A stretch of DNA of 64,000 nt from Anthoceros angustus (Eukaryota > Plantae > Anthocerotophyta), in NCBI GenBank assembly GCA_010909165.1, contig MU008151.1, positions 248,001 through 312,000 of the forward strand, read 5' to 3'. The notes under the pieces are model-generated. The model saw only the letters and a list, made by a program, of their open reading frames with translations. It did not search any database and was not told the DNA's origin. Made by a program: the position numbers and the translations under genes. Position 1 is the stretch's first letter. The number at the start of each line of letters is the position of its first letter. This document shows positions 36,101-49,667 of the stretch, piece by piece.

Positions 36101-39100
36101 AGGCCCTCCTAAGAACCTATCTCATGAATCGATTGCCTACATCAGTTCAAGGTATGACTCCATATGAAGCATTCATTGGCAAGAAGCCTTCTATTGACCA
36201 CCTTGAATTTTTGGATCCCGCATATGTTTTTATTCCCAAAGCATTGCGTAAGAAGTTGGATCCCAAAGCTAAGTACACTTTTCATTGGCTACACAAGGTA
36301 TCAAAGGGTACAAATTGTTCAACCCTTCTACAAGGCAACTTTTATACGGAGTGTTACTTTTCATGAGTCTTACCTCTTTTCCCCAGTGGGAGCGATAGGC
36401 TTGGTCCTCCTCTTGATGAGACCATTGACCCTTCTTATTTTTGATGATCTGATTATTTCACTCCATTTCCCATTCTCGCTTCGTGTTCCTTTAGTTGAAC
36501 CTATTATGCGGAGGAGGAGGAGTTAGCATCTATTCCACAACTGGTACAACTCAACCGACGATGTTGACATCCCAGAGGCGCCATTGACACTCATGATGAT
36601 GAGTTTGATGACCCTCCGGAGGATGACATTGTGGAGCCAGCAGATCCTGTCGTTGATCCCGCTCCTGGATGATGCACTGCACAAAGGTACAACCTTAGAT
36701 CCCGACCTACTATCTCAGGTCCTGCAGGTTGGAAGGAACCTCCTTTAGGATACCTAGCTGTTTTTGATGATCCTATACCCCCTATATCACTTTATTCTCA
36801 AGCTGTCTACAAGGCAACTATAGACCCAGAAGAACCTCTTACCTTAAAACAAGCTTTCTCTTCTCCTGAAAAAGACTTATGGAAGGTAGCTGTAGATTCT
36901 GAATATAATTCCCTAGTTAATAACTCTACATGGGAATTGGTCAAACCACCTAGGGGTAGGAAGATAGTAACCAGCAAATGGGTATTCAAAATTAAAAGAA
37001 AAGGAGATGGTTCTATAGAAAGGTATAAGGCACGTCTAGTAGCCAGAGGTTTTACACAAATTCCTGGTCTAGATTACATACCTTGGGCCACTTATGCCCC
37101 AAGAGCCAAATTTGCCACACTTGAATGATATTTGCCTTATGTGCCCAACATGATCTTGAACTCCACATGATGGATGTTAAGACAAAGATATTTGTATGGC
37201 GCTGCAAGAGGAAATATACATGAGACAACCCGAGGGTTACTGAAGTCAAAGGCAAAGAAGATTGGGTATGCCGACTCATCAAAGGTTTGTATGGCCTTAA
37301 GCAAGCAAGAATTGGAACTTAACCATACATGTACAACTTATTGGGAGAGGATTTAAGCAAAGCCGGTGATGCTTGTATGTACATCCTAATATCCGCAATG
37401 ATATATTTTATCTTCTACTTTATGTTGATGATGTTTTTATGGCAACAAACTCCCTCACTCTCCTAGCGAAACTAAAGCATGGCTTAGGACTCTATTTGAG
37501 ATGTCCGATCTAGGAGAAATGACATATGCACTTGGTGTTAATATTATACGAAATAGAGGTAATAAGACTCTAAGTATAGTTCAAACCAAGTATATTAAGG
37601 AGAGTTTAGCTAAATTTGGACTTGAGGATGCAAAGCACCCACACCTTTTGCAAGTGGTGTTAGGCTTACCTCGGATATGAGTCCCAAAACAAATGAAGAA
37701 AAGCTAGAAATGTCAGTTCCATACCGACATCTTTGTTGGCACTCTAATATATTTATGCAATTTTACGAGACCGGATATATCTTTTGAAGTCGGCCTCGCT
37801 CACAATTCTTGGAGAACCACGGCGTGAGCCTTTGGATGTCAGCGTATATTCGATACCTTAAAGGCACTATGTACACAGGACTGATGTTCAAGCATACACC
37901 AGCTATCAACACATTAACTCTAACGGCATATGCTGATGCCGACTATGCTGGTGACCCCGACACACGAAAATCTGTATCAGGGTATGTATTACTCTTAGGA
38001 GGAGCACCAATATCCTGGTCAAGTAAGAAACAACCTACTATAGCTTTGTCAAGTACTGAATCTGAGTACAGGGTACTAACCTCAGTTTCTAAAGACATAG
38101 TGTGGTCCAGGTTAGTTTTGAGTGAACTTCACCATCCTCAACTTAAGCCTACATCTTTGTTTAGTGATAGCCAGGGTGCCATTGCACTTGCACGAAATCT
38201 GTTTTCATTCTAGAACTAAACATATAGCTGTTGAGTATCACTACATAAGGGAAAAGTTAGAAGATCAAACCATAAATATTAGTTATGTTCAAACTTTAGA
38301 CAATGCTGATTTATTAACAAAGTCATTGGGAATTGAGTTACATAGGAAACACATGAAATGTTTGGGTATAATGGACACACTGTCCAAACCTTTAACCTAA
38401 TACTCACCCTAGCAGCCTTAGGGCCGATTTAAGATAACCTTAAAATCTTAGCCCAAAAATTATTGTCTTACTATTTTTCTGAACATTTTTCTTCTTCTAT
38501 CTCAAAATAGCTTAGGTCATCCCTGCCTTCCTCTTCATAGACGGCCAACATAGAACCTGGAATATTTATATTAAAAATAAAAATAATATTTAAGCAGTAT
38601 TTATGTGATTAAAACAATAAATTCCCTTAGCACCAAAGGCACCTACGGAAAATATGTTTGATATGTCCTGGAAATTCCTCACATGGGAGACTTGCTATTT
38701 TTATCATGTGGATGGTAGTTTCCTCACATATATAGGAGTCCGGGACATCTCCCTTTTCACTTAAACCTAAGGTGAGTATGTATACTTTATTTTCCTGGTC
38801 ACCTTTTGGTAGAATTCCCGGCTTATAATAGCCCATGTTTTTGTCTTTAATACACTTAGGGAAACAAAATGTGTTTACAGCCGCATCAACTGCAGAAAAT
38901 TTATGCTAGGTTATTACTGATCCTAAAACTCATATAGAAATTAGGATGCTTAAATACTGGATAACCCTTATTTAATATATTGCACCTTTCTTTTCCAGCC
39001 CTTCCTTGTCATATCCTCCCCATGCCGTCTCCACCCATCTGCCTGCAAACGTCAGCCACACAAGTGTCAGCCTCTTATCCATCAAGCTGTTAGCATCCTT

Positions 39101-40339
39101 GTAATCCACTTGTGTCATAGCTTCTTCTTAGAAGCATAAGATGGGCAGCAATCTTTCCTACAAACACTTTTGGCAGAGGTGGGCATTTTGCGGCAGGAGC
39201 ATCATTCATTGAAGGGGGGAGGGGCACGTCCTCATCACCTAGGCTGCGCTTCCTCCCCCTTTGGTGAGCACATCCGGCAATTGCTTCACAAATGAAGACA
39301 TGGCGGAAATGAAGACATGGCGAAAATGAAGACGCAATCTTACACTTGGACTTGAGCTTTCCTCTCTGAGCGCGTCCCTGTGGGATCCTTAGGCATCTCG
39401 GTTCGCTTCATCCTCCGAGGATGAGGTCGATCAATGACAAATGCGAGATTTCTTTGAAAGGTGCGGAAGGACGAGGTCCGTGGAGGCGAGACTCTTCATC
39501 ACCAGCAGGACACGATGGATGCATCAGCAGTAGGGGCGCCTCCTTTTGTTTGGGCGCCAGTGCGCCCGTGGCGCCTCCTCCGTGGGCGCCTCCTCCGTGG
39601 GCGGAAGGCGCGCCGCCTACGGCGGCGCGGCGCGAGAGAGGGCGCGGGGCTCGGGACAGGCGCGATGGCGCCTCCTCCCGTGGGCGCCTCCTCCGTGGGC
39701 GGAAGGCGCGCCTTGCTGCGGGTAGCCACCCTCCCGCCATCGCCATCACCGCACATGTACCAACCACCAAGTTGTCGGGATCGCGTTCGTGAAGTTTGAG
39801 GAAGAAGGGTATTATCCATTATCCTTTTGATTTTCCTTTTCGGAAATTAGGTATTTTCTGGATTTTCCTCTATATATAAATCCGCTTAAATACTTTTAAT
39901 TAGTTTTAATTCCACCTATTTAAGTTGGGTTATTAGTTTCTCATCTCGTTCTCCTTAAGTGGGAGTTATTTTAATAGTGATTATTACTTTCAGTTTTACC
40001 TTAAGTTTTACTTTATGCCTTTAAGTAAAGTTTAGTTAGGGACTAGTTTTTACTAGACTAGTTTTCCTAGACCTCTTTTGGTCGAAAATCACCCCTAGTT
40101 CATAGTGAGTGGGAGTGATAAAATAGCTTACTATTAGGGCACTCTTCACTAGGGCACCTAGGACTTAATAATTAATTAGTCCTTAGGGCTCTAGGTAGTT
40201 TCTTTTAGTAGTTATTTTAATTGGTTAGTTGTTACAACCACTTATTGGTTACAACTACCTTGCCTACATAAAGGCATGTACTTTCTATTATGAATGTAAT
40301 GCAACACATATTGCTAGAGCTTGTGTATGATTCTCATCA
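33112..40339 (+). mobile_element. Complete Ty1/copia LTR retrotransposon
   Basis: 224-bp LTRs at 33112-33335 and 40116-40339 (TG..CA). PBS TGGTATCGAGC (tRNA-iMet type) at 33336. PPT AGTGAGTGGGAG. 5-bp TSD CTACG at 33107-11 and 40340-44. Confidence 0.97.
34119..38400 (+). pseudogene. copia gag-pol, frameshifted
   Basis: Gag LWGIVDGS..WDARDEKAQ..TSKDMW, zinc knuckle near 34980, protease WYLD, LWHCRLGHP, integrase FTDDFSR and TPQQNGV, RT KWVFKIK..YKARLVARGFTQ and YVDD, RNase H YADADYAGD..RKSVSGY. Confidence 0.95.
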
Positions 40340-43300
40340 CTACGTCGTGGGGGTTTTCGGCCTTGTGGGCTCCCCAGTCGTCTTTGTGCTGCCAGGCAAA
40401 GGTCGTAATTGGGCAACCTTATGGCGCTAATCTCTCTTCGGTGTTCTACTACGGTATTTGTGGCAAGTAATGGCTCCAGTGGATGGCCTTAAAGCATCCC
40501 TCTTGAATCTAAGGTGCAATATGACATGGCGGATCTGTTCTCGGGGTTCATAGTCTTGAGGCGGTGACTCTCGTTTTGGAGGACAAATACTTTCTTTCAT
40601 GGAGTCTCACATTATCTTGGAGGCTAGACTCAAAGATTTCTTTTGCCAAGCACTCGGATCTATCGATAGGTTTGAGGCCCTCCAGACGACCAATGATTCC
40701 CTCCTCAATGAATTACGGCAAACACGGCTGATGTTTTGAGCCTTGAATGGGAACACCTTATTGCGACTTCTCTAGACACTTTCGCATGGATATGGCCCCT
40801 TGACATCTTGATCTTGAGACATCTCTTAAGGAGCTCACAGGGAAGATTTACGGCGGGCTAATATGATCTCTAAGCACGTTGAGTGACCACAATTCCACAC
40901 TCTACTCCGGCTACCACGTTTGACCTACGGCCTTTTGGAAGGTTGAAATTATTGAAGACAAATTAACTTCTATCCGTCTTGGCATGTCCAAGAATGATGA
41001 GGTTATTCAAGAATTGCGGATAGGCCCCTTGCCCCTACGACCCGATCTTTTGCCGTCACGGCGCGAACTACGCTTTGCTACCATTTGAGTCCCGCGATCG
41101 CGATAAGCGATCTCGAAACCTCCGTATTACAGGATATCGGAACTACTCGAGAAAGTCTTGTAAGGGGTTTTGGTGATGTTATCAAGGTCGATGTTCGGTT
41201 CCAACACGCTTGGAGAGTGGGTAAGGACCATTCTCGATCCCCACTTATATTGTGCGTTTTTACTCTTGAGGCAGTTGCGTGTGTTACGTGCACGCACAAA
41301 CTTGAAAGGCCAAGATATATTTGTCAACCGACCTTACTCCTCTCCAATGGGAACGCAAGAAGCAATTGTTGCTTGGTAAGAAGGCAAAATCGGAGGGTAT
41401 GGTGGCTTATTTCATTGATGACGACCTAGTTATACGGAACCCAAGATCGCGCATGTCCGTAGGGATGCGGGGCCCGTGGCGCCTCCTCCGTGGGCGCCTC
41501 CTCCGTGGGCGGAAGGCGCGCCGCCTACGGCGGCGCGGCGCGAGAGAGGGCGCGGGGCTCGGGACAGGCGCGATGGCGCCTCCTCCCGTGGGCGCCTCCT
41601 CCGTGGGCGGATCGCGCCTTGCTGCGGGTAGCCACCCTCCCGCCATCGCCATCACCGCACATGTACCAACCACCAAGTTGTCGGGATCGCGTTCGTGAAG
41701 TTTGAGGAAGAAGGGTATTATCCATTATCCTTTTGATTTTCCTTTTCGGAAATTAGGTATTTTCTGGATTTTCCTCTATATATAAATCCGCTTAAATACT
41801 TTTAATTAGTTTTAATTCCACCTATTTAAGTTGAGTTATTAGTTTCTCATCTCGTTCTCCTTAAGTGGGAGTTATTTTAATAGTGATTATTACTTTCAGT
41901 TTTACCTTAAGTTTTACTTTATGCCTTTAAGTAAAGTTTAGTTAGGGACTAGTTTTTACTAGACTAGTTTTCCTAGACCTCTTTTGGTCGAAAATCACCC
42001 CTAGTTCATAGTGAGTGGGAGTGATAAAATAGCTTACTATTAGGGCACTCTTCACTAGGGCACCTAGGACTTAATAATTAATTAGTCCTTAGGGCTCTAG
42101 GTAGTTTCTTTTAGTAGTTATTTTAATTGGTTAGTTGTTACAACCACTTATTGGTTACAACTACCTTGCCTACATAAAGGCATGTACTTTCTATTATGAA
42201 TGTAATGCAACACATATTGCTAGAGCTTGTGTATGATTCTCATCACTACGTGGGGGTTTTCGGCCTTGTGGGCTCACTTTGGTCGTCTTTGTGAGCCACA
42301 GGCCAAAGTGCAGTAGTTGGGCAACTTTGCTTGGCGCTAATCTCTCTTCGGTGTTCTACTACGGTATTTGTGGCAGTAATGGCTCCAGTGGATGGCCTTA
42401 AAGCATCCCTCTTGAATCTAAGGTGCAATATGACATGGCAGATCTGTTCTCGAGGGTTCATAGTCTTGAGGCAGGTGACTCTCGTTTTGGAGGACAAATA
42501 CTTTCTTTCATGGAGTCTGTTACTATCTTGGAGGCTAGACTCAAAGATTTCTTTGCCAAGCACTCGGATCTATCTCGATAGGTTTGAGGCCCTCCGCATG
42601 ACCAATGATTCCTCCTCAATGAATTACGGCAAACACAGCTGATGTTTTGAGCCTTGAATGGGAACACCTTATTGCGACTTCTCTAGACACTTTCCGCATG
42701 GATATGACGCCCAAAGATGTCGATCTTGAGACATCTCTTAAGGAGCTCACGGGAAGATTTACGGCGGCTAATATGATCTCTAAGCACGTTGAGCTGACCA
42801 CAATTCCACACTCTACTCCGGCTACCACGTTTGACCTACCTGGCCTTTTGGAGAAGGTTGAAATTATTGTTGAAGACAAATTAACTTCTATCCGTACTGG
42901 CATGTCCAAGAATGATGAGGTTATTCAAGAATTGCAGGATAGGCCCCTTGCCCCTACGACCCGATCTTTTGCCGCCATCACGGCCGCGACGAACTCTGCC
43001 ACTGTTACTGCTACCATTTCAGAGTCCCGCGATCGCGATAAGCGATCTCGAAACCTCCGTATTACAGGGATATCGGGAACTACTCGAGAAAGTCTTGTAA
43101 GGGGTTTTGGTGATGTTATCAAGGTCGATGTTCGGTTCCAACACGCTTGGAGAGTGGGTAAGGACCATTCTCGATCCCCCACTTATATTGTGCGTTTTTT
43201 TACTCTTGAGGACGTTGCGTGTGTTACGTGCACGCACAAACTTGAAAGGCCAAGATATATTTGTCAACCGACCTTACTCCTCTCCAATGGGAACGCAAGA

Positions 43301-43418
43301 AGCAATTGTTGCTTGGTAAGAAGGCAAAATCGGAGGGTATGGTGGCTTATTTCATTGATGACGACCTAGTTATACGGAACCCAAGATCGCGCATGTCCGT
43401 AGGGATGCGGGGCCCGTG
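39564..43418 (+). repeat. Tandem duplication of about 1.9 kb (copia 3' end, LTR and LINE ORF1), creating a third LTR at 42022-42245
   Basis: GCCCGTG at 39564, 41472 and 43412 marks the unit boundaries. The third LTR is again followed by CTACG. Confidence 0.92.
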
Positions 43419-43419
43419 A
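42330..43419 (+). pseudogene. LINE ORF1 (coiled coil plus RRM/CTD-like), frameshifted; start uncertain
   Basis: ESRDRDKRSRNLRITGI..HAWRVGK..YIVRF..LKGQDIFV.TDLTPLQWERKKQL..AYFIDDDLVI lies directly upstream of the APE domain. Confidence 0.75.
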
Positions 43420-44054
43420 TGGCATCCTCACGGCTTCTTGGAATTGCAACGGATCTATCAATCTACACCTGGCGGAATGCTTGATCTCCTCACGGCCGGG
43501 ATTGCGGATATTGTGTTTCTATCGAGACTCATGAGCATCATACCCGCCCCTTAGGCCGTTCTCCGGATATTCATGTTTTCTACCTTTAGACACCATGTCT
43601 CCGAACTCTCCCAAGGCTTTGGGTATTGCTTGCTATTTTCGGAGTCCTTGACTCCTTTTATCTCCTTATTCGTCATGACGAGCTTAGCTCATCCTCCGGG
43701 TTCAATTGCCGCTCTTTTCTCTTCTCACCGTGACTTATATGTTGGCGTCACATTCCTCCAAGGTCCTCCAAATATGCTCGGGCGGTAATCCATATGCGGA
43801 TCTCTCGAGTCCATCTCCGAGTTTTCCCTATTGCCGATATTCTTCTCGTTGGGGACTTCAACGCTTGGACCTACACAACAAGCTATCTATGATTCCTTGA
43901 TTTCGACAAAATTTCTCACCGGATCCTGTCGACCTCGGGCTCGATCGGTCTTCCTCGATACCCATCCACTAAATTCCTATGGTGTTGCCCTTTACGCCTT
44001 GAATCCCACAACATGGTCATTTTCAACGGACTCCCGTTGGACAACAGTAATTCT

Positions 44055-45637
44055 TTCTTGACGATGGTTCCTCTTCTAGCGTTGGATTATGTTATTGGTG
44101 ACGTCGGCCTTCTCTCGCGTATTTCTAGGCTCTGGACTCTGGACTCTGGACTCCACATGTTTGGAGTCGACCATCTTCTTGATTGTTTTGATCTTTGTTC
44201 CTCCGCCCCCTCGGGATCCCCCGCCTCCCACTGCCTCTCCACCGATTCACCTTTCCACAAGACCTTGTACCCCAATTTTCCAGCTTGCTCCGCTCCTCCC
44301 TTGCTTCCATTCCCCCACCTCCCTTTTCTTGCTGCTACCGCCACTTCCGCTGCTCTAACCTCGCTCCACTTTTCCTTTCAAATTTTGCCATCCTCCCGTG
44401 CAAACCAACCCCCGCCATCCCCGGTTTGATGCGGATTAGCGCATGCGCTCTCAATTGCATCTCACTTTGCGCCAACTTAATCTCCTCCCGGATCCCATCA
44501 TTCCGCTCTTTACAAAGCCACCGTCAAGCCTTACAAAGCCTTCATCTCCATGAAAAGTCCCAATTCATCCAAGTGAACACACCGTCTTATCTCTGCTCAA
44601 CGTCCCGGTGGCTCGCCTTTTGGAAGGAATTCCACACCGCTCACCCATTCTTCTCAAAGCCACTCGAACTCCTCTCCTATGTTCATAGTCTTTACCACAT
44701 CCCTCCGCCTCCCCGCCTCGATTCCTCGATCCCGGTCTCGGGTTTTCACCGCCAATCTGTTGCCCGTGCTATCCGGAAGCTCAAGTGGTACGACTCGACC
44801 CTAATGGTATCCACGGGATTTATTCCGTTCTTGACTGATGGTTCCTCTTCTAGCGTTGGATTATGTTATTGGTGACGTCGGCCTTCTCTCGCGTATTTCT
44901 AGGCTCGGACTGGACTCCACATGTTTGGAGTCGACCATCTTCTTGATTGTTTTGATCTTTGTTCCTCCGCCCCCTCGGGATCCCCCGCCTCCCACTGCCT
45001 CTCCACCAGATTCACCTTTCCACAAGACCTTGTACCCCAATTTTCCAGCTTGCTCCGCTCCTCCCTTGCTTCCATTCCCCCACCTCCCTTTTCTTGCTGC
45101 TACCGCCACTTCCGCCTCTTCTAACCTCTGCCCGCTCCACTTTTCCTTTCAAATTTTGCCATCCTCCCCGTGCAAACCAACCCCCCCGCCATCCCTGGTT
45201 TGATGCGGATTGTAAGCGCATGCGCTCTCAATTGCATCTCACTTTGCGCCAACTTAATCTCCTCCCGGATCCCATCATTCCGCTCTTTACAAAGCCACTG
45301 TCAAGCCTTACAAAGCCTTCATCTCCATGAAAAGTCCCAATTCATCCAAGCTGAACACACCCGTCTTATCTCTCTGCTTCGAACGTCCCCCGGTGGCTCT
45401 GCCTTTTGGAAGGAATTCCACACCCGCTCACCCATTCTTCTCAAAGCCACTCCTGAACTCCTCTCCTATGTTCATAGTCTTTACCACATCCCCTCTGCCT
45501 CCCCGCCCCTGATTCCTCTGATCCTGGTCTCAGGTTTTTCACTGCCAATCTCGTTGCCCGTGCTATCCGGAAGCTCAGAAGTGGTACAGCTACTGACCCT
45601 AATGGTATCCCTGGGGATTTATTCCGGTTTGCTGACT
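44055..45637 (+). repeat. Tandem duplication of about 775 bp inside LINE ORF2
   Basis: ttcttgac..gatggttcctcttctagcgttggattatg occurs at about 44055 and again at about 44828. Confidence 0.9.
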
Positions 45638-47195
45638 CTACCTCCTTCTCCTCGCATCTTGCCTCTCTGTTTAATGATGCTTTGTCTTTCGGTTTCCCTG
45701 ATCCTTGGTGTGAGAATGATATCCACTCCATTCTCAAGGCTGGCGACCCTTATCTCCCTTCTAATTACCGATTTATCACCGTGGAGTCTATCTATGCTAA
45801 GATCTTTAGCTCTAGTTTGGAGATCTTGACTACTTCTGGCCGAGGAGGCTAAGGTGCGGGGCTGCTTTGCCGCCCCAGAATACTTTGGATCATCTTTTAC
45901 CCTCCGGCTATTGTTGAAGGGGCTCGACATCCGAAGAAGCACGTCTCGTTGTTTTGTTGACTTTAAGCGTGCTTTCAACTCGTGCCTTGGGATAAGTTGT
46001 TTGTGGACTTCAATCTCTTAAGATGCCTCCTCATTTGTGGCATCTGCTACCCTTCTCTACAAAGGGTCTTTGCTCGAATCAAGACTCCCGTGGTTTGTCT
46101 TCCCACGGATCCCTATCCAACTTGGCGCGAGGCGACCCTTTGTCCCCAAATCTCTTTGGGTTGTATATTGATGAGCTTGAGGAATGGCTTCTTCGATCCG
46201 CGACCGGTGCTCGGCTATTTCGAAAGTATTCCTATCCTCCTATATGGATGATATTGTTCTTTATCTCATTCATTCCGAGGGCTCGTGCAATCGGATGTTT
46301 TATCCCTTTTTGTAAAACCAAGGGTCTCTTTGTCAATCTGCAAGACCAAGATTATGCGGTTCAACACTCGGGATTACAAGGGTGATTGCAAATTTTATTA
46401 TGATGGTCGAGGTGGAGATGGTTCGATCCTATACTTATCTGGTATCACTATTTTCGGTCCTAAATTTAACTGGACCTCCTCTCGCCTCCCGCTACCAAGG
46501 GATGGGCTGCATGCTACCGTTCTTTTATCTGAGGATGAATCTTGGGATATCAATCTTGAGCGGTATTCAACACTATGGTAATTCCCTCCGCCTTGTATGG
46601 CGCTGAAATTTGGGGCCGGATCTTTCCCTTCTTCTTGGGCGAAGGTGGAAAGGGTTCAATCTTCCTTTCTCCGCTCACATTGCTTGTAAGCGTTCAACTC
46701 CATTACCCATCCTCCTTTCTCGAATTTGCAGCCTTTCCTCGAACTTGATGGCCTTTTTCGCCTCTCATCCTTTCTTTACCGCCTCCACCTCCTTGATATT
46801 GCTAATCCCATTTTGGATCCCCTTACCTCCTCCTTGCCTTTAGGTCCTCCCGCTCGCTCGGCTCAATCTTGACCCACAAGCTTCTTTTGCTGGCTTTCTC
46901 AAGCCGCCAACCGGCTTAGAAGATTCGAGTTTGAACCTTTTTCGACTCCTGCTTGGCCTCTCCTCCTCCCAACTCCCCTTTCTCACATCCCCCAACCACT
47001 CCATTCGCAGGCCCTTAAATTAAGATACCTTCGCCTCACGTGGTCCCTCTTTCCTTTTCCCCTCTCACTTCTAGACTCCGCTTTTACAAAGACGAGCTCC
47101 GAGTTAATCCTCCTCCGTAAATTTCCTACCCCGCCTGCCACCCCCTTTCCTTCAAACTCCGCACACTCATAGGTCAATTTCGTGTTAGCTCCCAC

Positions 47196-49667
47196 CCCTA
47201 CTAGAAATGGCAGCCCATGTTATAGTCATTGTTGCAATTTTATGTTACACTTTCAAATTGCAACAAGCTATGTAGGCTTGGTATTAAGTTTGACACTATT
47301 CCCTTCTCATTTTGTCACCATCTTAACACGAACCTGACTCTCTTCCTCATCACCTCACCCTCCTAAGTACACCTTCTCTCTCACAAGCATTGTTTATGAT
47401 TTCAAACATATACTATGCAAACCTGCTTATGTTACAGTCCTTTGTTACAATTTCATGTAACACTTTCCATTTGGAACACTCATGAAGTTAGTTGGCTTGG
47501 TGTTAAGTTTGTGATACTCTTCTCCACCTTCTCTCACCATCTTAACAACATGCAAGTGGTCTGTTGACCTTACACCTCACCATTAAGAGCTTAGCATTAA
47601 GTTTGTTGGCTTGGTGTTAAGTTTGTGATTTTCTTCTTCACCTTCTCTCACCATCTTAACAACCTGCCTTTGGTCTCTCCTTTCACCTCACACTCCTAGT
47701 TAATGCTCCAGTATGACACCCATTTTATAATTTTTCCCTCTTTGTGTTGCAACATGTGTTCCCCTCTCACGCTACTATTTTATTCTTCCCCTCTTGCTTT
47801 TCCTACATGACAGCAACCAAGAACTCTATCTCTCTCCCTGTGGTTGTCATTCTCTTTCCATTTTGCCTTTCCATTCTTGTTTTAACCTGATTATGTATAG
47901 TAGGATTCTAGATTATTTATATGTCTATCTATATATACGGTTTGTAGGCCCACTTGTTGTGTAAATTCCTATATATATATATATGACTGAAATACGTATT
48001 TATGTATGTATATATATGTATTTATACTTGTATATACTTGTAACCTAAACATAATATTATTTACCTATGTCTAAGTTCGTGGGTGCGAGGCTCACTCTAC
48101 GTTCGGAGGCAAGGAGGAGGAGGGGGAGAGGAGGAGGAGGAAGAGGAGGAGAGGAGGAAGGGGAGAGGAAGAGGAGGGAGAGGAGAGGAGGAGGAGGAGG
48201 AGGAGGAGGAGGAGGAGGAGGAGGAGAGGGAGGCGAGAGGAAGGAGGAGGAGGGAAGCGAAAGGACGGAGGGGAGATTATAAGGAGGAGGAGGGAAGATG
48301 GAAAGAAGAGGAGGAGGCAAGGAGGAGGAGAGGAGGAAGGGGAGAGGGGAGATGGGAAGGAGGAGGAGGGGAGAGGAAAGGAAGAGGAGGAGGCCCGTTC
48401 CATGCTGTGATTTCCTCAAATTTTCAGATGCGTAACTAGTGTGACACGCGTTGGTGAAGGGATGGTGGCGGGATCACGTGCGCAAAGCGGATCTTGTACT
48501 TGCAGAGCATTGCAAGGTCGCCAAGACTTGTTCCAATCGTGATTTCCTCTCAAATTTTCATGCGTAACTAGCTAGTGTGATTTGATGTTAGACAAGGCGA
48601 TAGGCAAGGAGGAAAAGGGGAGAGGATCCGAGGTAGAGGAGGAGGAGGAGGAGGAGGAGGAGGAGGAGGAGGAGAGGAGGGGAGATGGGAAGGAGGAGGA
48701 GGGGAGAGGAAGGAGGAGGGGAGATTATAAGGAGGAGGAGGAAGATGGAAAGAAGAGGAGCAAGAGGAGGGGAGAGGGGAGGAAGAGGAGGGGGAGATAG
48801 GAAGGAGGAGGAGGGGGAGAGGGAAAGGAAGAGGAGGAGGCCCGTTCCATGCTGTGATTTCCAGTCTCAAATTTTCAGCTAATGCGTAACCAGTGTGACA
48901 CGACGTTGGTGAAGGGATGGTGGCAGGATGCGCTGCAGTTGTCTAGGGGGAGAGAGAAGGAGGGAGGACTTGGAGCCAAACAACCCCATGCCGGCGCATA
49001 GCAAACATGGGTCCGCGTAGCACAAACTCGTAGGCACAAAAGGCACTGAGTGCTCAAGGACAAACTGGTAAACGTATCGTGGACGTGTACAAAGTATGTA
49101 CGTTATCCGTGTGACGTATATGCTTATTTTATACAAAATAGAATATGACCGTATATCACAGGAAATTACCGTATAGTATATGTCACCATGAACAATACAT
49201 GTATTTTACGAAGAATGTATTCGTACATGTATTTATGTATCTCAGATATTGCATATCGCATGAATACATGTATTTATGTATCTGTGTATTCATACGAGTA
49301 TCAGTGGGAACTACTAAGTAAAACTAGGTATTCCATAGGGTAATAGTAGTAAAAGGAGGAAGGTAGATGGGGAGGAGGTTTGGTACCAAGCCTCCAAAAG
49401 TGTTACAAGACTTGTCTTGTAACACTTTATATGTTGCAATCTTGTTGCAATCTTGAGAGAGGACAAAAGCACCTTTCACTTCATCTCAACATAATTGCAA
49501 CACCATTGCAACATGGTTGCAACAAACGCCTCAGTTTGGTTTCCAAGCCAAAGTGTAACAAGAGGCCCAAAAAGTGTTACATGACCCCAAAATTGCAACA
49601 TAAGTGTTACATCCAGGGGTCCAAATCTTAACATAAAGTGTAACATGGGCTGCCATTTCTAGTAGGG
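47196..49667. mobile_element. Non-autonomous CACTA/EnSpm-like element with CCCTA termini
   Basis: Perfect 27-bp TIR CCCTACTAGAAATGGCAGCCCATGTTA. 3-bp TSD CAC (47193-95 and 49668-70), confirmed by the empty site in the other LINE copy near 11040. Confidence 0.92.
48110..48870. repeat. Two related polypurine (GGA)n-rich tracts inside the CACTA-like element
   Basis: 48110-48395 and 48605-48842, each followed by cccgttccatgctgtgatttcc. The overlapping Pro/Glu/Gly ORFs are low-complexity artefacts. Confidence 0.92.

Noticed and set aside
33112-42245. Tandem two-element copia array sharing an LTR
   Set aside because: The third LTR comes with duplicated LINE flank and the same CTACG, so it is a segmental duplication rather than a second insertion.
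48057-48882. Extensin-like or Glu-rich ORFs
   Set aside because: They are translations of (GGA)n tracts within a non-autonomous transposon.
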